Positions 1 to 12,509 of a DNA stretch of 64,000 bases are shown here, one piece after another. Within the stretch, counting starts at the first letter, position 1, and every line of letters starts with the position of its first letter. The notes under the pieces were generated by a model that saw only the letters and a list, made by a program, of their open reading frames with translations, ran no database searches and was not told the DNA's origin. A program made the translations under genes and the position numbers. The DNA comes from Neoconidiobolus thromboides FSU 785 (lineage: Eukaryota; Fungi; Entomophthoromycota), in contig MU626338.1 in the NCBI GenBank assembly GCA_025603075.1, positions 1 through 64,000 of the forward strand. The letters run 5' to 3'.

Positions 1-144
1 TTGCGCCTTCTTCGACATAATCTAAAATACTGTCAATATATGAATCCTAAGGAATTTTATATACATACGATATACTTTATTGTTGAATTGAACAGTCTTA
101 TGGTTATAAGACTCTGGATTATCTAAATCGTATTGAATAGCCAT
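1..144 (-). CDS. 5' end of an alpha/beta hydrolase (epoxide hydrolase-like); runs off the left edge of the window
   Basis: ATG at 144 on the minus strand. After removing a 47-nt GTATGT..TTTTAG intron it reads MAIQYDLDNPESYNHKTVQFNNKVYHYVEEGA, resembling the H..V..N...YHYVE.G start of soluble epoxide hydrolases. Confidence 0.55.
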
Positions 145-1050
145 TTTTATTTGATTGTAATATTGAGTTTGTATTTTTTGTGTAAACCAGTTACATTTTC
201 GATGCTATTTATACTTGCATTTTTTATCCCGGATAAACAATTTTTTTTTCTTTCCATAAATTAAATTTAAATATACTACTAAATCAGGAAAAAGTATTAT
301 TTTTTCAATATTGAAAACAATATCCGAATTTTCAGCCTAGCATAATCCTAATTTTGTAATTTTTTGGAATGCCTGCATTATTTTGCTGGATTTTTTATAT
401 CTATAGTAGTTAACTATCTTTGAATATTTGACAATGTCATAGTTTATCCCCCTTTTATTAGACTATAGGTAAATACATGTACTTTGAGTTTTAGTTAGTA
501 ATGGAGATTAAAGTCCACTATATTAGAAATGATATTTTTAAGTTTATAATCTTGCTTAAGAATTTATAATATTAGTTATTAGTTATTAATTAGTGTATCT
601 TTTTAGCCATAGTTTAATATAAAGTAGTGTTGGCTGCAGAACTAAGAACTCAATGAATAAAATATCCAATATGAAAGGTGATGATGATTATAAAAATTTT
701 ATAAAACTTAAACTTTATGATTCTAAATAAACCCGCACAACTATGAAATTATCATTATACAATAAAACGAAGAATAATTTTATCACCAGATATTTAACTT
801 TAAAAATAGCAAGATGATTTTAATTAGTAATCAAATACAAAGTAAAATTTTATTACTTTAAAAAAACAGATTTTAAAATAAACCTATTTTAACTATCATT
901 TAGTCACAAAACAGAAAAGACAATAAGACTTAAAAAAATAAAATCTCCCAAAAAAACCTCAAAATGGGTACTCGAACTCTAATTGGCTACCCCAACTGGT
1001 AAAAAAAACGAAAAAATTCATTTCGAATTCGAAAACTTTGATCTTTAATT

Positions 1051-2507
1051 ATGGGTAAAAATAGAAATAAAAGTGCTACAAAAAAGGTAGCAGAGGCTCC
1101 TGTTGCTGCTATAAACAAAGCAAACACCAATAAAAAGGTTAGTAAAAAAGTTAATAAAAAGGACCTTGAGTTACAAAAACAGTTGGAAAATATAATAAAA
1201 AACCAAGGTAATGAACAAGAAGAAGTGGATTTAGAAGAGGCTGAAGAAGAAGAAATAGAGGAAGTAGTAGTAGAAGAAGAAGAAGAAGAAGAAGAGGAAG
1301 AGGAACAAGAAGAAGAGGAAGAGGAAGAGGAAGAAGAGCCAGAGCTAGTAGCTTTAGAAGATCTTCAAGAACTTTCAGATGAAGAAGAGGAGCCTTTGAT
1401 ACATGAAGATGCTGTTCCTATCCAAAAAGTAACAATAAATAATCAGGTAAAACGGTAAATCAAAGCTAAAAAAACATACTAAAACAATAATAGGAAGGAT
1501 TACTAAGAGTATTAAACGATATATCTTTAAAAGGAATGGCTTGGGTTGAAACACAAACTATTACAGCTAAAGAACCTTTAATTATTAAAGATGTTCATAA
1601 TGATTTGGATAAAGAACTTGCATTGTAAAGCGTTTTGTTTGTATTTCTATTCTTTATTGACTTTTTGTTAGCTATAATCAAGCTTTACAAGCAGCTGAAG
1701 AAGGTAAAAAGAAATGTGCTGAGTTTGGAATACCTTTCACAAGACCAGATGATTATTTCGCAGAGATGGTTAAATCAGATGAGCATATGAATAAGGTAAT
1801 ATATATGGTTTTTTAGCTAAAACAATAATTATAAATTTAGATTCGTCAAAAAATATTGGATGAAACTCAAGGTATTAAAGCATCTGAAGCAGCTAGAAAA
1901 CAAAGGGAGCTTAAGAAATTCGGGAAACAAATTCAAGTTGAAAAGATTAAAGAAAAACATGCACATAAAAGACAAGAACTCGAGAAGATCAAGGGGCTTA
2001 AAAGAAGTAAGTGGAAATACTTTATTAACGGAATTTTTGTTTAATCAAAATCTATTTATCTAGAGATCAAGGACTCTGGAGATGATGGCTTTGATATTGA
2101 TGTTGAGGAAGACGATTCTAAACCTAGCAAAAATGGTTCTGGAAAACAAATTAATCATAAGAGAAATCAAAAAGTAATTTTAGAATTAAACTTTATCTTA
2201 ATTAATTAACTCAAAATTAAATTACAGGATGGCAAATATGGATTCGGTGGTAAAAAAAGACATGCTAAATCAAATACCAGAGAGAGTACATATGCTGAAA
2301 ACGATGGTTTTGATCCTAGAAAAAATAAAGCTGCTTTTGGGAGCAAACAAAAGGTAATTCGTTTGTTAAGCTACTATTAGTTTGTTGAGTAATTTTGTAT
2401 AGAAAACAAAAGCCTTTGGTAAGAGTGGAAATGGTAAAGCTCCTGGTAAGGGAGGAAATGTCAAATCTAAACGTCCAGGAAAGAGTAAACGTAAGGCTGG
2501 AAATTAA
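1051..2507 (+). CDS. EBP2: rRNA-processing protein EBP2 (multi-exon)
   Basis: Spliced product has an acidic N-terminal tract, then WVETQTIT..DVHNDLDKELAFYNQAL..PFTRPDDYFAEMVKSDEHM (EBP2 signature) and a basic C-terminus KRPGKSKRKAGN; TAA at 2505-2507. Confidence 0.93.
1217..1395 (+). repeat. GAA/GAG trinucleotide-rich tract encoding poly-Glu in EBP2
   Basis: Direct reading, e.g. gaagaagaagaagaagaagaagaggaagaggaacaagaagaagaggaagaggaagaggaagaagag. Confidence 0.9.
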
Positions 2508-3299
2508 ATTTAGCTTGAGTTTGGGAGATCCGGTTTTTTAATCACATTAAAGAATATATAGAGTAGATTAGAAGTTGGACATGTGCTTTATTTTATTATT
2601 TTGTTTTTACTTTATACCTAAAGCTATCCTCTTATTCTATAACTTACAAAGTTTTAGCAGTTAATTGCTTCTGGCCAATTGTTTACTTACATTATAATAT
2701 TGATTTAAAGGAATAGAAATATCTATAAAAAATTAGATTGATTGATTCAATTTTATTATCAAAACATGATATTTTGTAAAAGAGGATGATTATAAGCGTC
2801 AAATAAAAAATAAACATCTTACGAAATTATAAAGTTAATTTATTTCTATTTTAAAAAATCCAGTATAACATAATAACTATACTCTATTACAAGGGTATTC
2901 ATATTCATTTACTGTTAGTGAGATATCCGATTAACTATTTATATCCTCTTGATTATAAATCACTAGCGTAAATTACTTTGTTGATTTTAGCTGCTATGAA
3001 CTAGATTTCTATAACTCCAAAAATATCTACAATGGTTAAAAAATGTACCTCTAACTGCAATGCTATTTAAGATGCTGTCTTTTTTAGTTCAAATTATTTT
3101 ATCTCTTTTTTTGAAAATCAATATAGCTTTAAATGTAACTTGTAACAAAGATAAAAGTATAAAATAAACAAAAGCACAAAATCTTACCAAAAAAGTAAAA
3201 TTAGAAGATCTTTTATATAAACGTAATATCATATACTGTTAAGTTTGAATACATGCCATATAGTATCATGGTCAAAGTTTAATCCTACACTCAAGTTTA

Positions 3300-4119
3300 T
3301 TAAATATATTGAGAAACCCAACGGAAACCTAAACATCAAAATTAAATATTTATCAGATTACATACTCTTTAAACAACTTACCATCCCCATAACCTTGACG
3401 CATTACAACGGAACACATGAAAAGTTCAATTGGACGGACATCTCCAGAAGTTTTGCCACCCTATATAAAATTAACAAAAATTTTAAATTTATTTTTTAAA
3501 CTATTTACTTTTCCGGTGGTTGAAAAGAGACCAAGATGTGCTCTTAATTCTTCTTCAGAAACAGCACCTGGAGCATCAATTTTGTTACCCAAAATCAAAA
3601 ATGGGGTTTTAGCTAACTCTTCAATTGAAAGAAGGGCCTAATTTAATATTTTAACTTATATTTTCTTTAAAAAGCTGTTTTCTGCTTACATCAAGTTCGG
3701 CTTTACTTTCCGCAAATCTTTCTCTGTCTTGAGCATCAACTAGATAGACTATGCAATTGACTTCTGGGAAATAATCTCTCCATAAACGACGAGCTAAAAT
3801 AATTTCAATAAATGTACTTTAAATCGAACTGTCTTGATGTTACCTTGTTGATGACCACCAAGATCAAAAGTGGTAAAGTTAACCTTACCAATGGCTAACT
3901 CTTCAGAAGCTACAAACTTGTTAGCTATTGGTTTTTTATTTTAAACTTAAATTTACTTGGATGAAGAGTTGGCTGAAGGGTAGCTAGACGATCATTTTTT
4001 AACATATGTAATAAGGTAGTTTTACCGGCATTGTCTAAGCCCAAAAATAAAATTTTGGCTTGTTTATTGACCAATCCAAAGTTGGCTAATACATCCCAAA
4101 ACCAGTTTACTAAAAACAT
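3300..4119 (-). CDS. SAR1: Small COPII GTPase SAR1 (six exons)
   Basis: [117 protein letters not shown]. Confidence 0.97.
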
Positions 4120-4921
4120 CTTTTATTGTTTATAAATTCAAAAGAGAAGGTACTTCTTAGTTTAATTTATTTCACTTGAAAGTAATTTTTTATTGGCTTA
4201 ACTTATATTGTTGATTTTGGCTTATGTTTAGCTAAATACTTACTTCCACTTGACTTATTCTTATTGGTTAATTGAACTTAAGTGCATCCTGTCTTTATCG
4301 CTTATCCTTGCTTAAATTATCTAGGATTTGATTTCCACCTAATTGAAAATTTAATATCTGCCCAAAAATGCTGATGACTTATAATTTTTTTATTTTGTTT
4401 TCTCACATTTAAATAATTATTATAGTATAGGTTTTTTAAATAAATTTCTTGTATTTGATTTATTGAATATATAAGTTGGTTTTAAAAATAGTCAATATCA
4501 CAATTTAGTCATTTATAATGGTATTTTATAGTCACTTTATTAAAATAAGTTTTAAATTGAAATAGTGAAACTCATATTCTACAGAACAGCGAACAGGTTC
4601 AATAAAATTAAAACAAAAGTCATTTTAGTACATTATTTAAATATTACACTATAAGTTAAATATCTATTTTGATGATAAAATCATGTTTAAGTCTTATCCT
4701 AATTAATTTAAAGCTCTTGATTGAGAAATTAAAACAGCAGAAAAAATAAAACAAAGTCGCCTCAAATCCACATCTATTGGCTTAAAAAGGCAAATTTTGA
4801 TGAGGATTTTATTAATTCATAAAGGGTAAATAAAAAGTTTTAGGATAAAGAGGGAATCTAAAACAATATAAAGTAAGATATCAAGTGAAATGTTTGTCTA
4901 TTTTTTTGTATATAATTTTTA

Positions 4922-5860
4922 ATGCTATTCAAAAACATTGTCTTGTCAATAATAACAACCCAATTATTCGCTTATAATCTAAATAAATCGAACTCCTCAG
5001 ATGTTAGTGCTATCTCTAATAAATCACATATGCGCCCAAAGCATTCTAAAATGAAAGAAGAAGAACTGAGCTTGGAGAAACTATCCAGTCTATTAGAGGA
5101 ATACAAGAAAAGTTTAAGCTACAAAGATGCCCAAGAAGTAGATAAAAAATACAAGCAGATAGCTGATGAACAAAATAATGAAACAAATAGTGATATTAGG
5201 ATGTATAATGACTATAAAAAAGACAATGATGATAAAAAGAATAGAAAAGAAAAGAAAGGTCAGGGAAAGGGAAAGGGAAATGAAGCGATGACACCAAACC
5301 GTTCTTTATTACCAGATTCAGCTAATTTGAACAAGACAGAGACGCCTAGTTTAAATAAAACAGATACACCTTATGATATGAATGAAACAGAAGTTCAATA
5401 TGCACCAGCAATCAATAGAAATCAGCCTTTGTATATTCGATTTTTAGGATGGCCCTATGCCTTAAGCTCACAAACAGCTAGCCAAATCTTAGATGGAAAA
5501 AAAGTAGAGCAGCTACCAATGACTCAATTAGTAGGTACAGAAGGAAGTAAAACGAGTGGGGCCCAAATTTTGTATGAAAAGTTTGCGAAAGAAGTTAAAG
5601 AAGGCGAAAAAGTGCCCTTGGTTTCTGTATTGTTATTGGATGATAATCGACCAAACAATGAGAAGATAGTTAAGGTGCTATTTGAGGATGGTTTCGATAT
5701 CATGGCCCAAAAATGTTCATGCTATTGGGTTGATGCCTTGGAGTTGAAGACTACTGTCCAGTTAAAATCATCAAACAAATACTTTTTACAGATGGTTGAT
5801 ACTACCAACTCTCCTCCTAGATTTAATTCTAGATCTGGCTATTTTTCTATTCAGGTTTAA
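4922..5860 (+). CDS. Intronless hypothetical secreted protein, 312 aa
   Basis: Long single ORF with a hydrophobic N-terminus (MLFKNIVLSIITTQLFA), repeated N-x-T sequons (NKTETPSLNKTDTP) and a beta-rich C-terminal region ending YFLQMV..SGYFSIQV. Weak resemblance to Kre9/Knh-like Ser-Thr-rich family domains is inference only. Confidence 0.75.
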   Translation: MLFKNIVLSIITTQLFAYNLNKSNSSDVSAISNKSHMRPKHSKMKEEELSLEKLSSLLEEYKKSLSYKDAQEVDKKYKQIADEQNNETNSDIRMYNDYKKDNDDKKNRKEKKGQGKGKGNEAMTPNRSLLPDSANLNKTETPSLNKTDTPYDMNETEVQYAPAINRNQPLYIRFLGWPYALSSQTASQILDGKKVEQLPMTQLVGTEGSKTSGAQILYEKFAKEVKEGEKVPLVSVLLLDDNRPNNEKIVKVLFEDGFDIMAQKCSCYWVDALELKTTVQLKSSNKYFLQMVDTTNSPPRFNSRSGYFSIQV

Positions 5861-6511
5861 GTATTCTGTTAATTACTATTACTAATAAATAATTTTAATT
5901 TATTTTTATTATTATTATTATTATATTTTATGTGATTTTACATAGTAACAAACGCTATTGTTTATATGATTTATTGTGATAAAATTGCTTAATCACTATT
6001 TCTAATAGTAAATTGTAATTAAAATTTAATTCAGGTTTAAAACGAACATGACAACTTAGATTTGCTTCATAATAATTTATAAAAGAAATGATTATAAACT
6101 ATCTTAATTCAGGTGATCTGGAATTAACTGATTTTTTATTCTCCAATAACATTCCATTTGTCTATTTTAGTCAATATAAAAATATTATATTTAAAGTTAT
6201 AGATACTAGCATTAAAAGGAATGAATAGAACTTTTTCTATAGTTAAACTATTAACAGCTTAATTAATATTCTTACTTTTTATTTATCTTCTTTGTTACAT
6301 TTTAATACTAACTTTGTGCTGAAATCATAATTCTAAATTTAATTTTATAATAGCCTTAGATTAGCAAATTTAAAGTTATGTTTTAACTAAGCTTATGACA
6401 TTGCCTATAAAAATGAAATAAAGCAGCAAAAATTTGCAAACCATTTGCTAAATTCCAAAACCCATATAAAAGCTAATTTAAACCCAAATTTTTATTTAAT
6501 TTAAAAAATTA

Positions 6512-8333
6512 ATGACTACAGTAGGTGTAAACCGAAAGGCTGCCTTATCTTTTTTGTCCAACCTATCAAACTTCAATGACAACAAAAGCAATGGAAGCAA
6601 CAGCGAACAAGATGAATCAACAACTCAAGAAGCAGATGGCGACTTTAAACAGAAAAGGAATAATATTGAACTTAGTTGGGACTTACCACCGGATCCCGAC
6701 TTAGAAGAGGATGAGATTCGAATACCAAGGCCTCCTTCTTCCCCTAAGAACCCTCCAAAACAAATGCGTAAGCCACTACGTTCCAAACGTGACAAAGCTG
6801 CTACCTTATTCTTAAGTAGTATTGGATCGCATGATGGAGACAAGGAAGAAGGAATAACTATAGTTACATCACCAATATCTATTTCAGATAACAAAAATAA
6901 TACGGACAATAATAACGATAACTATTTTATACCGACATTGGAGCGTAAACTCAGTAAAGCAAACTCTGAATTGTTGAATAATTCTTATGATTCTTCATCG
7001 TCATCAGACGACGATATAAATCAAGTTTCGAGAGTTGGATCTTATACGGATGAAGATATCAATATATTAGCCACCTCTAAGAGATCTAGCTATTTATCAG
7101 ACCGATCAATTTTAAAAGACCTTGCTTCAACTATTTCTACTAACATTGAACCGGTATTTGCCGAAGTATGCATCATTGAAATCATTATGTTAAAGTTAAC
7201 CTTTCTATAGGATTTTTCTGAACTGAAAACAAAAATGAATCTAAACAATCAAAATGCCAGACATCGGATACGAAATAATAAGTAAATCACAATATGAAGT
7301 AGCGAATTTAAATAACCTTGATTATAGAGAATATGGAAAAGGAAAAACTAAAAAGAACCGTTATAGTACTTATAACTATTTATTGAATCCTAGTTTTACT
7401 TTAAAGTAACTTTAAGATAGTATATTTAAAGTCAAAATATTAATGTTACTTAAGCTCTGAAGCAAAGACAGATTATAATCCCCTTGAGTTGGATGATCCT
7501 AATCTAGAAATTGAAATAAAAAGCGGAGGATTCAGAGATTTAATGGTAATCAAACAAGTATTTATATTCAAAATGGATAACAAATATTTTAAGGATTCCC
7601 TACTCCTGTTTACAAAAGCAGGTGATAAAGATGATGACCTTGAAGATAGCTTTCAAGAAACACATCCAACTGTTGATCACTCTTTAACTTTATCGCATAT
7701 CCGCTCTGTCAAGCAAAAGATTTTAGAAGTAGCAGTACAATTAGTAACTTTAATTAATAACCATTTTTGCATGACTAAATGATTTAAATGTAGGATTTGG
7801 AACTTTCTTCTGTTGCTATCGCATATGCTTTCTTTGAAAAGCTTTGTTTAAAAGTAAGTTGTTTATTTGTCATAAAAAAGCGCATTAACAATATTTTAGG
7901 GCTTAGTTAACAAGGATAATAGAAAGGCTAAAGGAGGTAAATTATAAATGAGTAATTCTAGAAATAAACTAATGGATTTTACCATAGCTGTATGCTTATT
8001 TTTAGCTACAAAAGTAAATGAACACAAAAGTAAACTTACCGGGATGATGGACGTAAGACTACGTTTCTTTCAAAATTTATTATCTAATTAATTGTTTAGG
8101 CTTTTGATAGAGTATTTGATTTAAGCGACAAAGATATACATTTAGTTGAGTTTCCTACCTTTGCAGAATTAGAGTTTAGTTTGTATATACCAAAATCAGA
8201 GTTTATGCCTCATTTGGAAAGGATTTTAAATGCATCAGGTATGTATGTATAAACTATGTTTATAGTTATTAATTACTTTATAGAATATGAGAACATTGAT
8301 GAATATGTAAATTGGAAAAACTTTTATCAATAA
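6512..8333 (+). CDS. CABLES: CABLES-like cyclin (CDK5/ABL1 enzyme substrate family), multi-exon
   Basis: N-terminal RKAALSFLSNL. The spliced C-terminal cyclin box LTLSHIRSVKQKILEVAVQLDLELSSVAIAYAFFEKLCLKGLVNKDNRKAKGAVCLFLATKVNE..VEFPTFAELEFSLYIPKSEFMPHLERI matches the CABLES1/2 pattern ([68 protein letters not shown]). Confidence 0.85.
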
Positions 8334-8640
8334 GTTTATTTCGCAAAATATCACTATATAGTGTGTTTATATAGCACTAAACTTAATAATTTATAACATG
8401 AAAGATTAGTGTTAAATAATGAATCATGTTATGAATAAACTTAAAAATAAATACTATTCCTTATAAAAATTTACATAAATGAATTAATGCATTTTAATTT
8501 ATTTATATATTGAATCTAAGTTTAAATGATCCATAATCTATTAAAGTGCCACGATATAGCATTTGGTTAAAAATGCATTGAATTAATTAATTTAAATAGC
8601 AATCAAATTATCTGATGTAAATAACATTAATTGTTATAAA

Positions 8641-10267
8641 ATGGATCCAAATAATAAAACCAACTTAAAATCTCAATATAAAGAATCTAACAAAGAAAAG
8701 TCAATAAAAAGGGAAATAAAATTAATCAAGGGATTGATGAACAATACGAAAAACAAACTTAATAAACATTTGGAGACAATATATTCCTCAGTTGAGGATA
8801 TCAATTCAAATTCGTCATTTGAAATAAGTGTACATGGTTCAACTAAACAAAAGGCATGCCAAGCTATCCCCACCCCTATGGAAACGCCCTGTGATGTAAG
8901 ACCTTCGACCATAGGTAACGTTTTTTAAATATGCTATTTATTAACATATTATCAGGAATTGATAACTTGCTTCAAATTAAAAAGTATGCTTTGTATTAAT
9001 AATTGCACTTTTCTAAAAACAATAATAGAAAACGTTTGGGTATGCTTGTGTCAGATAATCAAGTTATCGGAAAGTATATTATAAATTATTACTTATGTCT
9101 CGCTAAAATATATTAGAAAATATTTGATTCGATCTCAAGTAGATAATCAATCTAAGCCTATAAAATTAGCAATCAGGTCCAAAGTAAACTAAAGTATAAC
9201 TGTATGACCATAACTGATTATTGTAGCCACGATCCATTTTTGATCTTGGATTGAATGAAGATATAGTTAAATCTATTCAAAACAAATTAACACATTTTCC
9301 ATACAAGATGAATGCTGAGTTTATAAAGATCATAGGGACAAAAATTAATAATCCAGCTGATATTCATTCAGTAATTATATTGTATTTTTATTCATTCTTA
9401 ATAAAAAATATTAAGGTATACCTTATCTCTGAGTGGTTAATCAAAGAAAAAAGAGATTATAATGATTTAAATCATCGTAAACGATCTGTTGGAATTTATG
9501 GAGAATTTATCTATCGTAATCATATTTATGGAAATAAACTTGAGGATTTAAAACAATTTCAAATAAACACTTGTTTAAATCTAATCAGGAAACATAATAT
9601 TGGGAATGAAGATGCTATTATATTATTTTTTACAAATTTAAACAAGGGTAAGGCTATAAGCTATAAATGAATGAATCTAGTTGATTGCTTTAGATGAATT
9701 AGATTCTCTTGCAATTTCAAGGATAAGCCGAATACTTGGGGTTCATCCTTATAAACTAAATAAAAGTATTGAAAAAGGAACAAAGGTTATGGAGTTAATA
9801 GATTATGTAGTCAATCATCAATTGAAGTTTGAAAACGTGTTTATCAATTTTCTTATATTTTCCGGATTTCTAGTAAATTGATATTTTTAAATTAATTTTA
9901 CTAATGATTTTAGATAAAAAGAAAAAGAGATAAAGATATCAAATATGATATGCTTAAATTAGAAAATGAGGACTGGATTTCTATATTAGCAACTAAAAAA
10001 TCGATCCGATTCTTCAAATACGATTTAAAATCAAAGATATTCTGCTCCTTTATTTTATTAATAAGTTATTCTTATTTTACTGATCTTGAAATCTATTATG
10101 ATAATAACTTAGCATTTGAATGCTTTAAAACCATTGCTGATTTAATTATTCCTGAAATGGTTAGAAAGTTTTATAGTTCCAAATAAGATTACAGTTATTA
10201 TAAGCTAATAAAAGAATTCTATTGTATAACTAATATTTATTAAAGTAGTAAATCAATCTACTTGCTA
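8641..10267 (+). CDS. Hypothetical multi-exon protein; no family recognised; 3' end uncertain
   Basis: ORF pieces 8641-8912, 9227-9369, 9415-9647 and 9694-9835, plus small exons, join in frame through GT-AG introns (e.g. 8984-9028, 9648-9693). Confidence 0.55.
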
Positions 10268-10295
10268 ATAATACTTCATAGCTCTTTGTTTTTTA

Positions 10296-12339
10296 TCATA
10301 ATTGATTATCAGAATAACCAAAATTTAAATTATCTTTTCTATTTTCATTTTTAAACTCTCCAACAGAAGCTGGAAGATCACTTTCGTTATATAAACTTGC
10401 TTCTTCAAATACTTTTAATACCTGTTTGGGAACCTTATCCAATTTATTTGCTGGAAACACAATCCCCAACTCAAAGTTCTTAATAACTAAGTTAAACTCC
10501 TCATTCTCTTCACTTTGGTTGTAGTTTATATCTTTTTTACTTCCAACGGTTGATGGAAAACCAGAAAGCAGTGTAGGACTTTCCATTCTTAATTTACCCC
10601 AGGCGGAAGCAGAAAAATTATGACTACCTAAATAAAACCAACCTGAAGTTAAAGTAGTAAAGTTATCTGATAATTTTAATTCCTTCGGAAGGCATGAAAG
10701 AAACTTAATAAATTAATACATGTCATACTAACCAACAGTCCGAAAAACTTACCTTCATTCTAGTGACTGGTATCGAATACAAAATATTTTTCAACATTGG
10801 ATTAATTAAATTATTAAAATGTAAACTAAATTTGGTCTTATTTTAAAAAATATTGAATAAATTATAATCTAATTCAATTAAAGCTTACTTTTTGTCTCTG
10901 GTACATTTCTTGTACCGCTTTTGTTGTTGGAAAAAACAATCGATAACAAAAACTATTATGAAATTCTTTAGATAATGCTTTTGGTGGATAGCCCATAGCA
11001 CTAGACCGAAATTCTCCCATCCAAGATTGTTTGAGGTGACCTAAAGCTGTACACTGGAAAAGCGATAAAGATTTAATTGATGTTAAAATATTATATCTAA
11101 TTACCATATAATTTACATAATGATCTTTAAAAGCTTCTGGCTTCAAAAGCTTCTTTTGTTTTACTATAGTAGATAGAGCAGGGTGACCATAGTAAATATC
11201 AGATAAGATAGAATAGGTCCCTGGAACTGAAGATACCAAATAACCCTATGTAATCTATAAATTTCTAAATATTGTGACAATAAATCTAATCACCTCTGAT
11301 TTTGAAAAATCATAACGTGAAAAACTTAATGGGATATTATATTTCATTTCAAGTTTATTGAACAGGTCTTGAAGTATTTTTCGAAACTCAAAGCTCTTTT
11401 CACTTTCTATGTTATCCGCTTCTTTTAATGGAAAATCTTGAACATATGATATCTAATTGAATTATTATTAAAATAAGACTCTTTTAAATTAATATTTACA
11501 CTATTCGTGTTAACCCAATCTATCTCTTCCAAGTTTCCAGAGCATAACACTATTCTTAGAAAATTGTCATAGTATAAAAACTGGTACTATTAAATTTATG
11601 ATATTTTATATTATAAATCCATTTACCATTGCTTTAATATGCATATTGGATTCATAGTGACATTTTAATACTACATTATTGTAGTTATCATTAATCGTTT
11701 CATCCTAATAAATATATTATTTAGCTGACGTTTTTAAAAATCAGTAAATAAATAATACAAGGTTATTTTTATTTTTCTTTTTATCAGTTAAAATAATCAA
11801 AGGTACGTCTGGAAAGTTTTTACACAAAAAATCGGGCTCCTTACAACTTTAATTAAAATCCCTATCCATATCATTTATGCTTAAATTACTATGTTATAAA
11901 ATGCAATAAACGCCTTTTTTAGGTTGTCCTTTTCGTTTGTTAGTTACACTCTATAGTATTAAAATAATAGTTACTGAATCTATCAACTCTTTTAATATTG
12001 GATATTTTTCTGTATCTAATAAAAAAGTTATGAAATATTAAAAATTAAATAAATTTTATACCATAAGTTTCAATGTCCTCTGTTTTCATACTAGAAAGCA
12101 TGATATTTCCGTCCTCATATTTTAAATTTTTAACATCTTTTCTATCTTGCTCATTAAATTTTGACTATGTTTTAAAAATAAATACCAATTTTATCTTGAG
12201 TCGTATAACTTTGCTTGCGAATATTTTTATTGCAGTTGTATATAAACATTTTTGGTCTCAAATAACCTAATTTTAGCCCATTGCATTTTGTTAAACATGT
12301 CCAACTCTTTTCAATACTCACACCGGTTCTACAAACCAT
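10296..12339 (-). CDS. TDP1: Tyrosyl-DNA phosphodiesterase 1 family protein; start approximate
   Basis: Spliced motifs MHIKAMFLYYDNFLRIVLCSGNL..IDW (HxK..N motif 1), LVSSVPG, FQCTALGHLKQSWMGEF, RLFFPT, WFYLGSHNFSASAWG and NFELGIVFP. Confidence 0.88.
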
Positions 12340-12509
12340 TATAATTTAAATACAGTTTAATATTTATTTATAAAACTCAGTTTTGATAGCTACCTTACTG
12401 CACAAATTTATTGCAAAAAAATGAAAATCAACGCCAAGCGTGAAGTCAGAATTAGTTTAAAGCCACCATTTAATTTTTCTCATTTTCAATTTTTATAAAC
12501 TAAAAAACA

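Noticed and set aside
1009-1020. RRPE-like motif (CGAAAAAATTCA) in the EBP2 promoter
   Set aside because: Imperfect match, and A/T runs like this are common in such AT-rich DNA.
3245-3641. Plus-strand ORFs 3245-3499 and 3417-3641
   Set aside because: Antisense shadows of SAR1 exons.
8997-9002. In-frame TAA TAA suggesting UAA-to-Gln recoding or RNA editing
   Set aside because: The stops fall inside a canonical 45-nt GTATGC..CTAA..TAG intron (8984-9028), and TAA is the ordinary terminator of many genes in the window.
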